Position numbers and translations under genes: made by a program. The notes beneath the pieces are model-generated. The model was not told the origin of the DNA, ran no database searches, and was given only the letters and a program-made list of their open reading frames with translations. From contig CM052817.1 in NCBI GenBank assembly GCA_028534125.1, forward strand, positions 15,502,001 through 15,566,000: a stretch of DNA of 64,000 bases, written 5' to 3'. This DNA comes from Lama glama (taxonomy: Eukaryota). Below are positions 12,299 through 25,849 of the stretch, one piece after another; positions within the stretch are counted from its first letter, which is position 1; every line of letters starts with the position of its first letter.

Positions 12299-13849
12299 GC
12301 ACAAATACAATTGTTGTTGTTCTTGAATGTATATACTGCACCATGTTAAACTCATTTTTAGTTCTAGCCATTTTGTGGTGGATTCAACAGTATTTTCTAC
12401 ATAGATCATCATGCCAACTGGGAGTAAAGCTTCCTTTCCACTCTGAATGTTTCTATTTATTTATTTCTTTATATCTTGTCATTATACTGGCTCAGACCCA
12501 CAGTAATATATTGAGTAGGAAGTGAATACCCTGCCTGTTCTAATCGTAGAGGTAAAAATCTCTAGTTTTTCAGTGTTTGTTGCGATCTTAACTAGAGATT
12601 TTTATTGGATGTCCATTAACAGATTCAAGAGGTTCCTTTCACGGCTGAAAGTTGTGTTGTTATTCTTGTTGTTTTAAATCAACAATGAATGTTGGAACCT
12701 ATCAAATGATTTTTTTCCTGTATTGATATGATTGTGTGGTTTTAAATTTTTGCTTTGTTAAAATGGTGATTTACACTGATTTTCAAATCATAAGCCAATC
12801 TTTGGATTTCTTGGATAAGTCCCGCTTTGTGGTGATATAATATCCTTTTGATAATTTGTTGAATTCTATTTTTAGAAGAATTTTAAAGAATTTTTGCACC
12901 AATATTCATTGGAGATATTGGTCTCCAGTTTTGTTTTCCTCTAATGTCTTGTCTGGCTTTTGAACTAGGACAGAGTTCAAATCAGTTGGGAAGTATCCCC
13001 TCATCTTCAATTTTTGGAAGAGTTTATGGCAAGCTGCTGGGTTTTTTCCTTCAATACTTAGAAGAATTCACCAGTGAAGCTATCTGGGCCAGGATTTCTT
13101 TTTATAACTATGAATTTATAATTTAAGCAGATACAGCTTTGCTCAAGCTATTTCTTCTTGACTGAGACTGGCAGTTTGTATCTCTTAAATAATTTGCTCA
13201 TTTTGCCTAAGACAGTAAACTTACTGGTATAAAATTGTTCAAATCATTCATTGTAATTTTAATATCTGTTGAATCTGTAGTAATGTCATCTTATTTCTGA
13301 TATAGTAGATTTAAGTTTTCTCTCTTTTATCCTGCTCAGTCTGTCTAAATGTTTATCCATTTTATCGGTCTCAAACAACCAGCTTTTGGTTTTATGATTT
13401 TGCTTTTATATATGCTGCATTTTTTATACCTCAGTTAATTAATTCTTAAAAATAATGACTTTTAATAAGATATAAATCATAAAAATAATATCTTATACAT
13501 TTACCCAAGTGGCTACCATTTCTAGTGTTATTTTCTGGTGTAAAGATCTGTATTTCCATCTAGTCTCCTTTTTTTCTGCTTGAAGTACTTCCTTTAACAT
13601 TTCTTACCAACAGGGCCTGCTTTTATTTCAGCTTTTGTATGACTGAAAATTTCTCTATTCTATATTTACTTTTCAAAGGTGTAGAATTTTAATTCTATTC
13701 TCTACTTATTTTTTAAAATATAGAATTTTAGGTTGACATTAATATATTAAAGATTGTTTTCTGGTTCTCTCAATTACATTGTTTCTGGAAAAAATATCTG
13801 CCATTATTTTTATTTGTATACTTCTGTACATACTTTTTTTAAAAAAAGA

Positions 13850-14145
13850 AATTTTTTTAAATTTTATATTTACCCAAAAAAATGCTGAAATAGTACAAAA
13901 AGTTTCCACATACGGCATGCATTCAGTTTCTTCTATTATTTACATCTTAGATTAGTATGGTACATTTGTTGCAGCTATTGAACGAATATTGAAACATTCT
14001 TGTTAACTAAAGTCTGTATTTTATTCAAAGTTCCTTAGTTTTCACTTAATTTTTTAAATTTTTTTTCTGTTTGAGGATTCCGTCCAAGATACAGCATTGT
14101 ATTTAGTTTTTATTTTTTCTTAGGTTGCTCTTGGCTCTGATACTT
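13850..14145 (-). mobile_element. Nested L1MC/MD-type 3' end
   Basis: aaatagtacaaaaagtttccacata...agtatggtacatttgttgca...taactaaagtc; similar to 16100-16400. Confidence 0.7.
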
Positions 14146-15479
14146 CACATGTATTTTTTTTTCCCTCTCTAGCTGATTTTAAAATGTCTCTTTACTGCTG
14201 GTTTTGAGCAATTTGATTATTATATGTTTTGGTGATGTGTTCTTCAAGTTTTTATTATTACAATTTTTTTTTAACTTGGGGTTTGTTGAGCTTCATGGAT
14301 ATGTTGCTTTATAGTTATCTTTAAATTTGGAAAATTTGAAAAATCATTATTACCACAAATTATTTTTCTGTGCCCTACTCTCTTTCAGTGAGGGTTCTTT
14401 CAAGTGAGAGCATATCTGGCTGATTAATGTTCATTTTTTTATTCTTTTTTCTTTTTGTGTTTTCTTGACTAGTTTTTACTTATATATCTTTAAGTTCATT
14501 ATTTTTTTCTTTTGCAAGGTCTAATTTTCCATTAATTTCATAAAATATATTTTTAATCTCACACATTGTAATTTTTATCTCTAGAGTTTAACATGGGTCT
14601 TTTAAAATATATATTCTATATCTCTGCTTAACATGTTCAGTTTTTCCTGTAGCTTTGTGAATATATGGAGTACAGTGATAACACTTGTTTTATTATCCTT
14701 CCCCACTAATTCTAACATCTGTGTCACATCTGTATCAGTTTCAATTGACCAGTTTTTCTCTTTATTAAGGTCATGTTTTTTCTGATTGTTTACATGCTTT
14801 CTAATTTTTGATTGGGTGCCAGACATGACGGATTTTATTTTGATGGGTGCTGAAGGTGTGTGTGTGTGTATTTCTATAAATATTCTTGAGCTCTGTATTA
14901 GGACACTATTTGGAAGCAGTGTAATCCGTTAGTGTTTCTTTTACGTTTTTCCTAGGCAGGACCAGAGCGGCATTTGGTCCAAGACAGACTTCTGAGCACT
15001 CCACCCAATGCCCTGTGCATTATGTGTTTTATTTTTTCTTTTCCCTTTCAATCTATTTGCTAGAAATAGGCACTATTTCCAGTCTCTTTAAAGTGCCAGG
15101 CGCTCTTCCTTCTAATTCTCTCAGATGGGTTCTTTCTTTAGACTTTGTTGGTTTCCTCATGAGTGTATTGTGATTATTTCCCTGCCGAACACCTGAGACT
15201 GCATGTGCCCTCTCCACATAACCAGAGTTTTCTCTCTGAAATGCTCTCCTCTTTGATATTCTTCAGTGTAAATTCTTGCCACCTTTTTTCTCTTTGAACT
15301 CTAAGCTTTACTTCTTAACTCAGGTTGTCACCAAGGCGACCTGGGTTTCACTCCTTGTGCCATGGCCAGGAAACTCTCATTTACCACATTAGGGTCCCTT
15401 CATCTGCCTAATCTCTTAGTACTGGAGGAACCCAGAGATCTCTTCTCTTTTCTTTGCGTGATTCCCTTCCTTGTTGTTA

Positions 15480-15860
15480 TCACTTGTTTTCATCTATATG
15501 CTAATAACTACTAAATTTATATCTCTAGCTTGGAGATCTTCTCCAAAATACATTTTTAAATGTTTAACATATGGCTTAAATAGGTATCTTAAGCCTAATG
15601 TATTAAGATAATATATCCAAATCTGAGTCATGTTCCTTTTTCCTCTTCTCAGAAACCTGCTTGAAGTCTTTCTCATCTCAATTAATGGTAACACCATCCT
15701 TCCAGTTTCTCATCATGAAAACCATAGAGAAATCTTTGAATCGGCGTTTTCTCTCATACCCTCTAATGCTTCAACAAATATGCTGATTTTATCTTCAAAC
15801 TATATCCATGAACTAACCATTTTTCACCGCTTCCTTTGCAATCAACATCGTCTCTTATCC
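15480..15860 (+). mobile_element. L2 fragment
   Basis: ctatatgctaataactactaaatttatatctctag...aggtatcttaagcctaatg...tctcatctcaattaatggtaacaccatccttccagt. Confidence 0.75.
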
Positions 15861-16089
15861 AGATATTATCTGCCTGAAGTCTCAATGTTATCTGTGTATA
15901 ATATAAGGTTACTATTTATAACTTCTTTAAACAGAAATGTTACAAATAAATTAATTTTAATGGTGAGCATGTTTAACAACAAAATCTGACGATTTTTAAA
16001 GCACAGAGCAGTCACAAGAAGCACATATTGTGAGATCCAGAGACTTAACTAACTTTGTTTGCTACAAGAATGTTTTCTTGAAACAGTTT

Positions 16090-16950
16090 GAATAAACTTT
16101 TACTTTGGAATAATTTTAGATTTACAGAAAAGTTGCAAAGATAGTTTGAATTATACCTTTATACTACTTACCCAATTTTAGTTTCTTCTAATGTTATTTT
16201 ACATTATCATCTTACATTTGTGAAAAGTAAGAAACCAACACTGATATATTACACTTGAACTAAACTCCGGGAGTTAGAGTTTCACCGGTTTTTAACATTT
16301 TTCTCTTGTTTTTGTTCTAAGACCCAGTCCAGAATCCTGCCTGCATTTCAGTGTCATGTTTCCTGGTTTTATCTGCTCTGTGACATTCTCTCAGTCTTTC
16401 CTAGTTTTTCATGACCTTCACAGTTTTGTGCTGCACTGGTCGAACATTCCTCCTTAAATGTGGTTTATCTGATATAGTCTCATGATTAGAATGAGGTTAT
16501 GGGTTTTGGGAAGAAACACCACAGAGGTGAGTGCCCTTCTTATGATACCACATCAGAGAGTACATGCCATCCGTATGAGATCATTGATAATATTGATTTG
16601 CCCACAGGTAGTGCTTGCTGGGATTCTCCACTCCAAAGTTATTATTTCTTTTTATACTCTGTAGGTTGGAAATAAGCCACTAAGTCCAATCCACACTGAA
16701 AACTTAGAGTGTATCAACATTCTGCAAGGAAGACTTGTCTATTCTCCTCCATTTATTTATTTGATCATTCATTTGTATCCATATGATATGTGTATATTTA
16801 CACCTTCGGTTATAATTAAATACTGTATCATTTATTTCATTGTTCAAATTATTCTTGCTTTGGTCATTGGGCGCTCTCTCAGGGCACCTTCTATGTCCAT
16901 TTGATATCGCCCCTTACTTGTTATTTTGGCCACTTCCTATCCAGTATTTT
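16090..16950 (-). mobile_element. L1MC/MD-type 3'UTR
   Basis: tggaataattttagatttacagaaaagttgcaaagatag...catgattagaatgaggttatgggttttgggaagaaacaccacagaggtg. Confidence 0.85.
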
Positions 16951-18354
16951 CAAATTTTTTACTTTCCAAGAGTGAAAAAAAAGTAATAACAGCTGAAAAA
17001 TGTTTAGGTTTTTCTAACACTATGCCCTTTATGAAAGCAGAACATTTGTCATTGGTTTCAATTACTTACTACAGCAAAGACGCCTGGGGATAGCTATTTA
17101 ATTGGGTTAAGATGCTCTGTTAAAGTGTTTCTTTTCAGTCTAGCTCAAGGCTGTCGGATGCTTCTGAATTTCCCAAGGCCAATCTACATAATTTCTTTGA
17201 ATTCCTTATTCTATTATAGACACCACTGGTATCTGCTGCAAAACAAGCAGATGTATCTAAACATGCCCTCCCCTGCATGAATGTGCACATCTATCTTTGA
17301 CTTATTTTTTTTTTTTACATTTAGTTGTACTATTCTTTAGGGAAACTATAGTTCTTCGAAATATTTTCTTTTAGTCAATTATAGACGGGTAGAATATGAG
17401 GCACATATGAAGGATAAGTTGTCTGTTACAATGGATGATGGAAATCTTCAAAGTGAATTAAACAGTAAAAGCACATATGGTCAATATTTGCACTTTTGCA
17501 TCCTCTCTAGTGTTCTCATGGTTCATAATAGATGAAGATGCCAAGCCATGAGCCTACGTATATATTTTCATATTATAAAGACCCATATATATATATATAT
17601 ATGTATACATATATATATATTTCTATATTTTTCTATATGTGGATCTTTGCAGTGGATCTTCATAATACGGATTTTATATGAATAAGGTCTCTCACATATG
17701 TGACTCAAAAAATATGATATAATATTTAAAATTAAACTAAGTTAAAAATCAAGATTGGTCACAATCATTGGTAACTATTGATTATTTTTTATACATACTT
17801 AGAAGGTTTTCCATTAAACTCTATAGTTAACCTATGTTAACATCAGACAATAAATTTTCAGAACGGACCTCTCTCCCATACCGTTTTATTTAGTCAGATG
17901 CTTTGGTTAATATTAACATTAAGCAATTCCAGATGTCAACAATTAAGTTTAGCGCAACACAACATTTAGCCAGGCACTTTGCTCAGACTGAGAATCAGAA
18001 GACTTTACATAAACATGTGTAGTGGATTTTGAGTCTATCTTAAGATAAAATAGTTGTGTTTAGTGACTAAACATATCATTACACAGATGCCTGATCCCCT
18101 TTAGCAGCTGTTCTTGCTGTTCGGTTCTCCGTAGCCCCTCTGCCTGTCTTTCTCGCGGCTCTCACTTAGTGTTGCACCACTGGGGGGGAAATCTGCAGAT
18201 GAGGGGTTCTGGCTGATTTTGTAATGTGCCTGCAGAAAGCTAAGCTTGCATTGTAATGAGGTCAGATTTCATTTCTAAGCAAGGTCACGCTCCAGGATTG
18301 GTAGAACTCCAAGGAAAATCAAAGTGCTGACAGAAACATCTAAAAGGTGGTGAT

Positions 18355-18369
18355 TCAGTAGGTGGCACT
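18355..18369 (+). promoter_or_regulatory. CTCF-like motif
   Basis: TCAGTAGGTGGCACT matches the core CCASYAGRKGGCRSY at 14 of 15 positions; lies in non-repetitive sequence. Confidence 0.4.
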
Positions 18370-18489
18370 CTTTCCTCCCTGCAAATCCTGTTATCAAAGC
18401 TCAGGTTCAGTCAGCCTTTCAGGGTAGATTGACAACATAGCCTCTTTCCGACCATTAGGGAATCTAGTACAAAATAGCCTGCTTGGGAG

Positions 18490-18492
<3 letters not shown>

Positions 18493-18537
<45 letters not shown>
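18493..18537. repeat. Perfect (TG)~22 microsatellite
   Basis: Direct inspection. Confidence 0.97.
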
Positions 18538-18541
<4 letters not shown>

Positions 18542-20299
18542 TGGGGTGGGGGGATGTTGGTGTGTAGTTTTTTTTTAGAAAACAAAGAAGGTACCTTTAA
18601 TCCCAGTGTCCTATATATACATGAGCTCTGCATTTTTGTTTTCCTTTACCTAGAATTTCAACTTGATGAGCTGGGTTAACTCTACAGGCATATGTGCTGC
18701 TGGAAAACTTTATTCTGCTTGGAAAAAATTTTCTTATCTGTGTATGAGTTTTCTCCTTTCTGATTATTTATGAAATTCTCATTTAGTTTCCAGAGTTACA
18801 CAGACCACAAAATTAGCCTGCCTTGTAGAAGCTTCAAATTTTAATGACTACCAAAAATTACAAATACTGATTTCTCTGATCTTTCTTCATGAGCTTGAGA
18901 AATAGTGCTTTTAACTTTTATTACACTGAATGGCAACTAAGATCCAGAAGATAGATTTATTAATGAATTAGACTTCCTTCCAAAACTCTCCTTTTCCTCA
19001 GATGGAAAAATTAAACAAATAATGGAGCTGGTACTTTACCATAACAAAAGTCAGAATGAGGCACTTATAAGGACCCTTTATAATGAAAACCCTAAAATTT
19101 CTTTAAGAAACCACTCGTGATGTTTTATTTGGACTGAAGATCAGATGGAGAAATTGGAATTCTGTCCCCACCCAATCACACAAAAGACAGTCCTAAACAA
19201 GTAAAAATAATCTAAGGTTAGCTGAAAAATTGTAGTTTCTCCTATCAGATTATCACAATTTCTTACCAAAATTTTTTTCTTTTTCTTTCTCTGCTTACCT
19301 TAGACTTTCACTTGTCATGTGACTTGGTTTTTGTTAAAGTGTATAAAGAATGTCAGGTGTGAGTGAACTCAGGACTTAAAAGGAATGTAAGTAAATTCAT
19401 TTGAGGTTCCATTAGTTCAACCTTAGAAGGTTGCCTGGATGTGGTGGTTTGACATTTACTCAGTACTCACAGAGTGTTGTGCAGAATAAAAAAAATTCAC
19501 AGGCACATGTGTCCACACAGGTGCATGTGTGTGCATGCACGCACGCACACACACACACACACATACTGCAGGGGTCCATTGGGTCAGATCAACTTGATCA
19601 GGTCCAAAGAGATATGAAAGATACAAATTTCCCAAGAATGTGATTAAATATACAAACCATTTCCTTCCTCGAGCAATGTTGTTTGAACCCCTTAAATAAC
19701 TTTATCTGGACCCCCTCAAATCCTCCCACTAATTAAGTTTTGACACACCAGCCAGTGCCAAACACAAACTCCAGTCACAAAATTATATGATCTGCAAATC
19801 TCCCTAAACTCCTCTGGCTCCTATTCCTAGAACAATACTGGGCTGTACATAGTATTAATTGCTTCTGATGACAGGGATAATTTTAGAGAGGACTTGGCTG
19901 GCTTCTCCAGTCTCCTTATTTGCACTTCTTTGTGACAAGTTCTAGAAGGAGCCAGGCATAGACGCTGTGAATTCCCTATAAAGTTAACTCACAGTACTAA
20001 GGTAATATGCCTTCATGGGAATCCTGCATTCTTTTTTCTTATTTAAACAGGTCAGAAAATGGAAAGCAAGCTTAACTGGCATCGTTTTGTGCTTGACTTT
20101 ATATAGCTTCAATCATCTTCTTTGGATCTTATGATATAGAGATTTTTGAACAAATCTTGACTGCGAATAAGAAATAGCCACAACTCTGGGGGGCTTGCAG
20201 AGACGAAAACTCATGTGTATGCAGTGAGACCCCTCATATCAGAGTGTACTGAGCCGTCTCCTCCATGTTCTCTTGAAATTTATATTCTAGCAAATCTTC

Positions 20300-20680
20300 A
20301 CATATGTTTCAAGCTTTTATACATTCTTTCCTTTCTCACCAAAATGCTTTCCCCAAATCCTTCCCTAATCCACTTTGCCTACCAGCAAACTTTTATTCTT
20401 TTTTCAAAATCCAGTGCAGATATCAACTCACTGGAGAAGCTTTAGTTTACTCCCCACCCATGCAACTGAGATCATCTCTTTATTCCCTGATCAATGACTG
20501 GGCTTCATTAATTGAGTCTCCTGGGCCATAAAAATCCACATTACTAGAGGGTGATGATTAGCACTCTACTCTATATGGATGGGGCCTTTGAAGTTGTGCA
20601 AAGAGGCAGACCTTGCCTAGGAACTATTGCAACGCCTGCCATGTAGAACCTCCTCAGTAGCTGTTGATCGAACTGAATTT
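20300..20680 (+). mobile_element. L2 3' fragments
   Basis: accaaaatgctttcccc...caaacttttattcttttttcaaaatccagtgcagatatcaactc; acgcctgccatgtagaacctcctcagta. Confidence 0.55.
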
Positions 20681-20714
20681 GTCTAATGTAAAACCAAGAA
20701 TTTCAGCCACGAAT

Positions 20715-20890
20715 ATGCTGCAATTGAAAAGGACTTTAGATGTAATCTGGTTCAAACCACTCAGTTTGTAGATAAGTGAGTGACACTCAAAGCTATGAGT
20801 TGACGGACTCAGTTCTGCACTGCTAGGTAGTGGCAGACGGACTTGGATTAGAACCCAGTTCTTATGTTTTCATCCTTTCCGCAGCAGCAG
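20715..20890 (-). mobile_element. MIR SINE
   Basis: gaaaaggactttagatgtaatctggttcaaaccactcagtttgtagataag...ggattagaacccagttctt. Confidence 0.75.
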
Positions 20891-21331
20891 GCTGCCTCGC
20901 AAATTGCTGAAATGAAAAGGTACTATTCCAACAGGGAAATATTGATATTTTAAAATCTTGCCCTTGGAAAGCATCCCCATGGAGAGATTCATGTTTCTTC
21001 CAGTGTGTTGGATGACTGTGGTTCTAACTAAATTGAGCAATCACTTCATCCATTTTTTGTTCTCAGGTTGGATAGTGCTTTGCACTCCTCTCCCTGTAAG
21101 ATCACAGCGTTCTCTGCAGGCACTAATTAGGCCTCATGACACTCCCCTGTGGAAATGATCTTATTATTATGACTAAAATGGTACTGCAGATATTTAAAGT
21201 GTTTAGCCTACAAGTGAAAGAAAGACATTAGCAGTCCAACCCCTGGCTCGTGGTGCTGAATCAGAGCACACCAATGCCAAGAGCCTGACATGTGGCCTGT
21301 CTGTTGGGCAAAACTTCAGAGGGACCATCAG

Positions 21332-21914
21332 TGTTACTAGTCACGGCCCTTCAGAGTAACAGAACCAACAGGTTATTAGGACGTACACGGATACATACGT
21401 GTATATGTGCTTTCGCGCATATATGTATATTGCACATATACATGCATATACATACATATTTAAACGTGTGTGTATGTATACATATATATATTTTGAGAGA
21501 GAGAGAGATTTTGAGAAACTGGTTCATATAATTAGGAAGGCTGGGAAGTTCCACGATCTGCCTAGGGACCCAGGAATGCCAGTGACATAATTCAGTCTGA
21601 GTCTGAAAGCTTGAAAACCAAGGGGACCAACAGTGTAAATCCCAGTCCGAGTACAGAAGAAGAAGAGCTGAGAGGTCCCAGCTCCAACAGTGAGTGAAGG
21701 AAAAGGCAAACTCCTCTCTCCTCCACCTTTTGTCTGTTCAAGTCCTCCGTGGGTTGGAGGATGCCCACCCACCTTGGTGAGGTCAACCTGCTACTCTATC
21801 TACCAATTCGAGTGCTAGTCTCATCTAGAAAAACCCTTCCAATACAACCCAGAAATAATGTTTAACCTGGACACTGTGACCAGTCACGCTGACACATAAA
21901 ATTAAGCATAGCAC
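21332..21914 (-). mobile_element. MLT2 (ERVL) solo LTR with internal TA/CA/GA microsatellite
   Basis: acagaaccaacagg...gaaactggttcatataattaggaaggctgggaagttccacgatctgc...ttggaggatgcccacccac...acccagaaataatgttt...gacacataaaattaa. Confidence 0.9.
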
Positions 21915-22807
21915 ATTTCCCCTGCCCCCAACCTTGTTTACCCCTTCCTCCCTTCACCACTGCAGGTTTACCTTCTTTGGACATTCTTCCAGCTCCCCTT
22001 TTACTCTTTAAACCCCCAGTTTGGAAATTCCTTTGATAACCTGATGTCTAACCCTGACAATTGGCTGCTTAAGACTGCAATGCCTTAGGTAGGTATCCTT
22101 TCTTTAAACAACTGTTTTGTTTTGCCGTTTATTCAATGGCACAGGGTGAAATATATATGCTGTATCTGTCATTGAGCCAAACCAATTGTAATGTATTCTA
22201 AGCACCTATCCATCCATACTGCCTGGAAATTTATTCTGAATCATTTAGGGTTTTTTCTTTGCCACCCAGGGCACTGCATTAATGCAAAAGTTCTGTTGTG
22301 GAGGGGTTGTTGCATGCAATTAAGAGGATTCAGAGAGAACCCTCAACTTTGATCCACTTTATCTTTGCTGATATGGTCATTGGCTAATTCCTCTGAGTTT
22401 CTTGAATGTGGGGGACATCTTGCCTCTGAGCCTCCCTTGGACATGATAGGACTTGCTAAAGTAGGGAAAGGAAGGCCTTGACCATGCCTCCTGAGACACC
22501 CCACACAGCTCTTGGCCTCTGAGGTCATTTCGCCTCAGGAGGATGTTAGAAGTAACTCTGGGGAGGTTCCCACGCATTGTCAAACCTGTGCCTTTTACAG
22601 TCTTTTGGGAACCCCTCCTCACCTTCTTCTAGAATTCAGTTGCTTCTGCCTTCCCAAACCAAGCCTTCCCCCCATCCCCTTTCCCTGGGCACACCCTGAA
22701 CAAACCTCTCTGAATGGGCCTTTAAAAATAGAACTCAGTTCTTTTCTTCTTCTGGAAAGAGGTGGAAAATAAGACCATCAATGAAGGTGTTTTCACTTAT
22801 TCACTAT

Positions 22808-22885
22808 TTTCCTTCCTTCCTTCCTTCCTTCCATCCTTCCTTCCTTCTTTCCTTCCTTCCTTCTCTTCTTTTTTCCTTTCCTTCT
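22808..22885. repeat. (TTCC)n polypyrimidine repeat
   Basis: Direct inspection. Confidence 0.9.
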
Positions 22886-23499
22886 GACATAGCTCCTCTT
22901 TATATCCTCCATATAACTTTTATCAAACCTAGCTTCCGTATTGCACTATGCAATTCTGTTTCAAACTTCTTTGTGTGTTTTCATTTTCCTAAACTTGCTT
23001 TTCTTACTATTTGATCAGCAAACTCCTATCACTGTGACAAAGCCCAGCTCAGAGGTCACTTCATTCAATCTTAAAATAAGTATTTAGTATTTACAGAATG
23101 ATTCCAAGCTCAACATATATTTTAGTGAAAACAAAAGGCAAGTTTCTGCTTTCACGTGGTTGTCACGCTTGTGAGGCAAACTCTGGCGTCTCCCAGTGCT
23201 GACGTGTACCTTCTGGGTTGATTCTCAGCCCAGGTTTATCACTGCTATCATTGTGATGTATTTTAATGATTGGTTTTCATTAAGGCCCTTTGTAAGGGCC
23301 TTACTTGTATTATTTTGGTTTTGCCACCTCTTCCCCATTGTTTAGTAAAGGGATTGGCCTACCTTAGTTCAATTTTGATGATTTCAAATCTCCTGACCAT
23401 CCACTGTACAAAAAGCACCATAATAGTCCCTTTAGCAATTGTAAAGTTTGATAAGACAGGCACTGCTACACTCAAAAAAACTAAGGGAGAAACAGAAAG

Positions 23500-23655
23500 A
23501 CATTGTTTCATGGATACAGAGATTTAGTTTGCAAGATGAAAAAGTTCTGGATATTGTTTGCACAATGATGTGAATATACTTAACACTACTCAAACACATT
23601 TAAAATGACTAAGATAGTAAATTTTGGGTTATCTTATTTTACTATAATTTTGAAA
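23500..23655 (+). mobile_element. L1MB-type extreme 3' end
   Basis: gtttgcaagatgaaaaagttctgga...atgtgaatatacttaacactact...taaaatgactaagatagtaaatttt. Confidence 0.85.
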
Positions 23656-24296
23656 GTCTAACAGTCCAGTAGAAATAGGTTTTGTTCTTATTTAACAATG
23701 ATATCAAATAAAGAGTGATCTTTCTCCTAAGAAATATCCAGATCTGGCTGGAATTCAAAAGATGGTGAAGTGACCCGGGGAAAATCCTATCTCCTCTTTC
23801 CCAGAGACCATGCCTCCAACACTCCTGGAAGACTTGACTGTCCTGTGTGGAAAATCTTTGGAATTTTATAAAATAAATAACAGAACTTATGGGGAAACAA
23901 AAACAGGTTAATATTGGTTGAGTTTGAATTAATCCTAACTTGTCAGAACTTCCTAGGACTATTTGTCCAGCAGACATGAGACATGTAAGGGTATAGGCTT
24001 AGGAAAGAGGTCCAGGTGGAAGCCAGTGGCTGAAAATTCACTCCCAACAAGCCTGGACCCATGACAATATATGACAATTAAGAAGGAAAAGGGGCAGGGG
24101 AAGGAAAGCAGAGAAAGCTGAGGACTGACCCTGTAGTGTAACTAAGGACACAAGAAGAAAGTGAAGTTTATGAAGGAGATGAAAAGGAAAGGTAAGAACA
24201 GAGGTAATCATATTGGAATTTTTTTTTAAGCTTCTAATAATTAACACTGACCTTTGCTGGTATTTTGTAGTTTTAAAGGAAACATTACAATACGTA

Positions 24297-24870
24297 TTTT
24301 TTAAATTGAAGTATAATTAGTTACAATGTGTCAATTTCTGGTGTACAACATAATGTCCCAGTCATGGGTATATGTCCATATATTCATTTTCATATTCTTT
24401 TTCATTAAAGGTTATTATAAGATATGTAATATAGTTCCCTGTGTTATACAGAAGACATTTGCTTTTTATCTATTTTATATATAGTGGCTAACATTTGCAA
24501 ATCTCAAACTCCCAGATTTATCCCTTCCCACCCCTTTTCCCCTAGTAACCATAAGATTGTTTACTGTCTGAGAGTCTGTTTCTGTTTTGTAGATGAGTTC
24601 CTTAGTGTCCTCTTTTTTCTTTCTTTTTATTTTTTTAGATTCCACATATGAGTGATATCATATGATATTTTTCTTTCTCTTTCTTGCTTACTTCACTTAG
24701 AATGATGATCTCTAGGTCCATCCATGTTGCTGTAAATGACATTATTTTATTCTTTTTTATGGCTGAGTAGTATTCCATTGTATATATAAATCCCATAACT
24801 TCTTTATTCAGTCATCTGTTGATGGACATTTGGTTGGCTTCCATGTCTTGGCAGTAAACAATGCTGCTAC
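24297..24870 (-). mobile_element. Young lineage-specific L1 3' end (cetartiodactyl/camelid type), 5'-truncated
   Basis: Poly-T head then aattgaagtata...ggttattataagat...tagattccacatatgagtgatatcatatg...ggctgagtagtattccattg; highly similar to 31190-31875. Confidence 0.9.
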
Positions 24871-25849
24871 AGCATGTATGTTTTATTATCTGTTAATAAA
24901 TAGTAACATTTGTGTCATGGTTTACAGTTTACAAAGTTGATCCTTAGGACATTCCTATTGGGAAAAAATCCATTCTTCCCAATTTGAGAAAGAATCAGTT
25001 TTATGTATTAAAGTATGTTTTGCTGCCACATAGGCAAATAGCAGAAACCATGTTTTCTCACACAAATTCTGATTCTCATTTTAAACACCATTTACTGACA
25101 TCTTATTTTTAACTCTGATTCTCAATTTTTCCCTACCTCATCCTTTTCCTAAAAAGTATTATTTTGTGTGGAAGGGTAAAATGGGTGATTTTACAATCAT
25201 GGATGACTTTGAAGGGAGCAAATTGAGATGAAGGGCTGAGTTTTTTGCCTGTCTCCCAGAAGTGTGTGTTTACTGTGAACACAGAGGCAGAAAATGTACA
25301 TTTCCCTCTGAAGCACTTTGATAGTGAAACAAAGCAGAATTAGGCTGTTTTCTCCAAAGGTGGTCGGATTGGAGAAGACATTTTTCTAACATATAAAAGA
25401 TCTGAGAATTGTTAAGAAAATCATTATACAGTGAATTAGAAGGGATGGGAAAATCAAGAAGGAAAAGGAAGAACAGTTGGAGGGGGTCCTTAAAGGGACA
25501 GGAGATGACAGAATCAAAAGGCGGTAGGATTCGCTTGAAAAAGGAGGAGGGGCACGTCTCACAGATACAGAAGAGAAGGTCAAAATCTGCCTACAGGTAG
25601 AGAAAGATACAGAATGGCTATGCTGAGGTTGTTGACAAAAATTTTGAGATGGAGAGAAGTCACCTGCCCCAGATAATTTCAGTCTTTTCGGAAAATAAAA
25701 AAGCACCAAGAGTAAAGGAGAACAAAATCCATCCACACTGAATTACAGGAAAAGTTGAAAAGGAACTCTGTTGCAACTGTTACATGGCACCAGAAGGCAG
25801 TGAATGAAACAAACTTAAACTTGAAAAATGGAATCTTGAAACAGTCGAG

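Larger units (their letters stand above)
10490..15380 (-). mobile_element. Old L1 (L1MB/MC-type), internally deleted: 3'UTR, ORF2 relics, ORF1 and 5' region relics
   Basis: Antisense L1 3'UTR at 10490-11000. ORF 12158-12412 (MIYVENTVESTTKWLEL) matches the L1 RT after the DD motif. ORF 14602-14826 (WSIETDTDVTQMLEL..KTSVITVL) matches old L1 ORF1 N-terminus. Confidence 0.85.
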
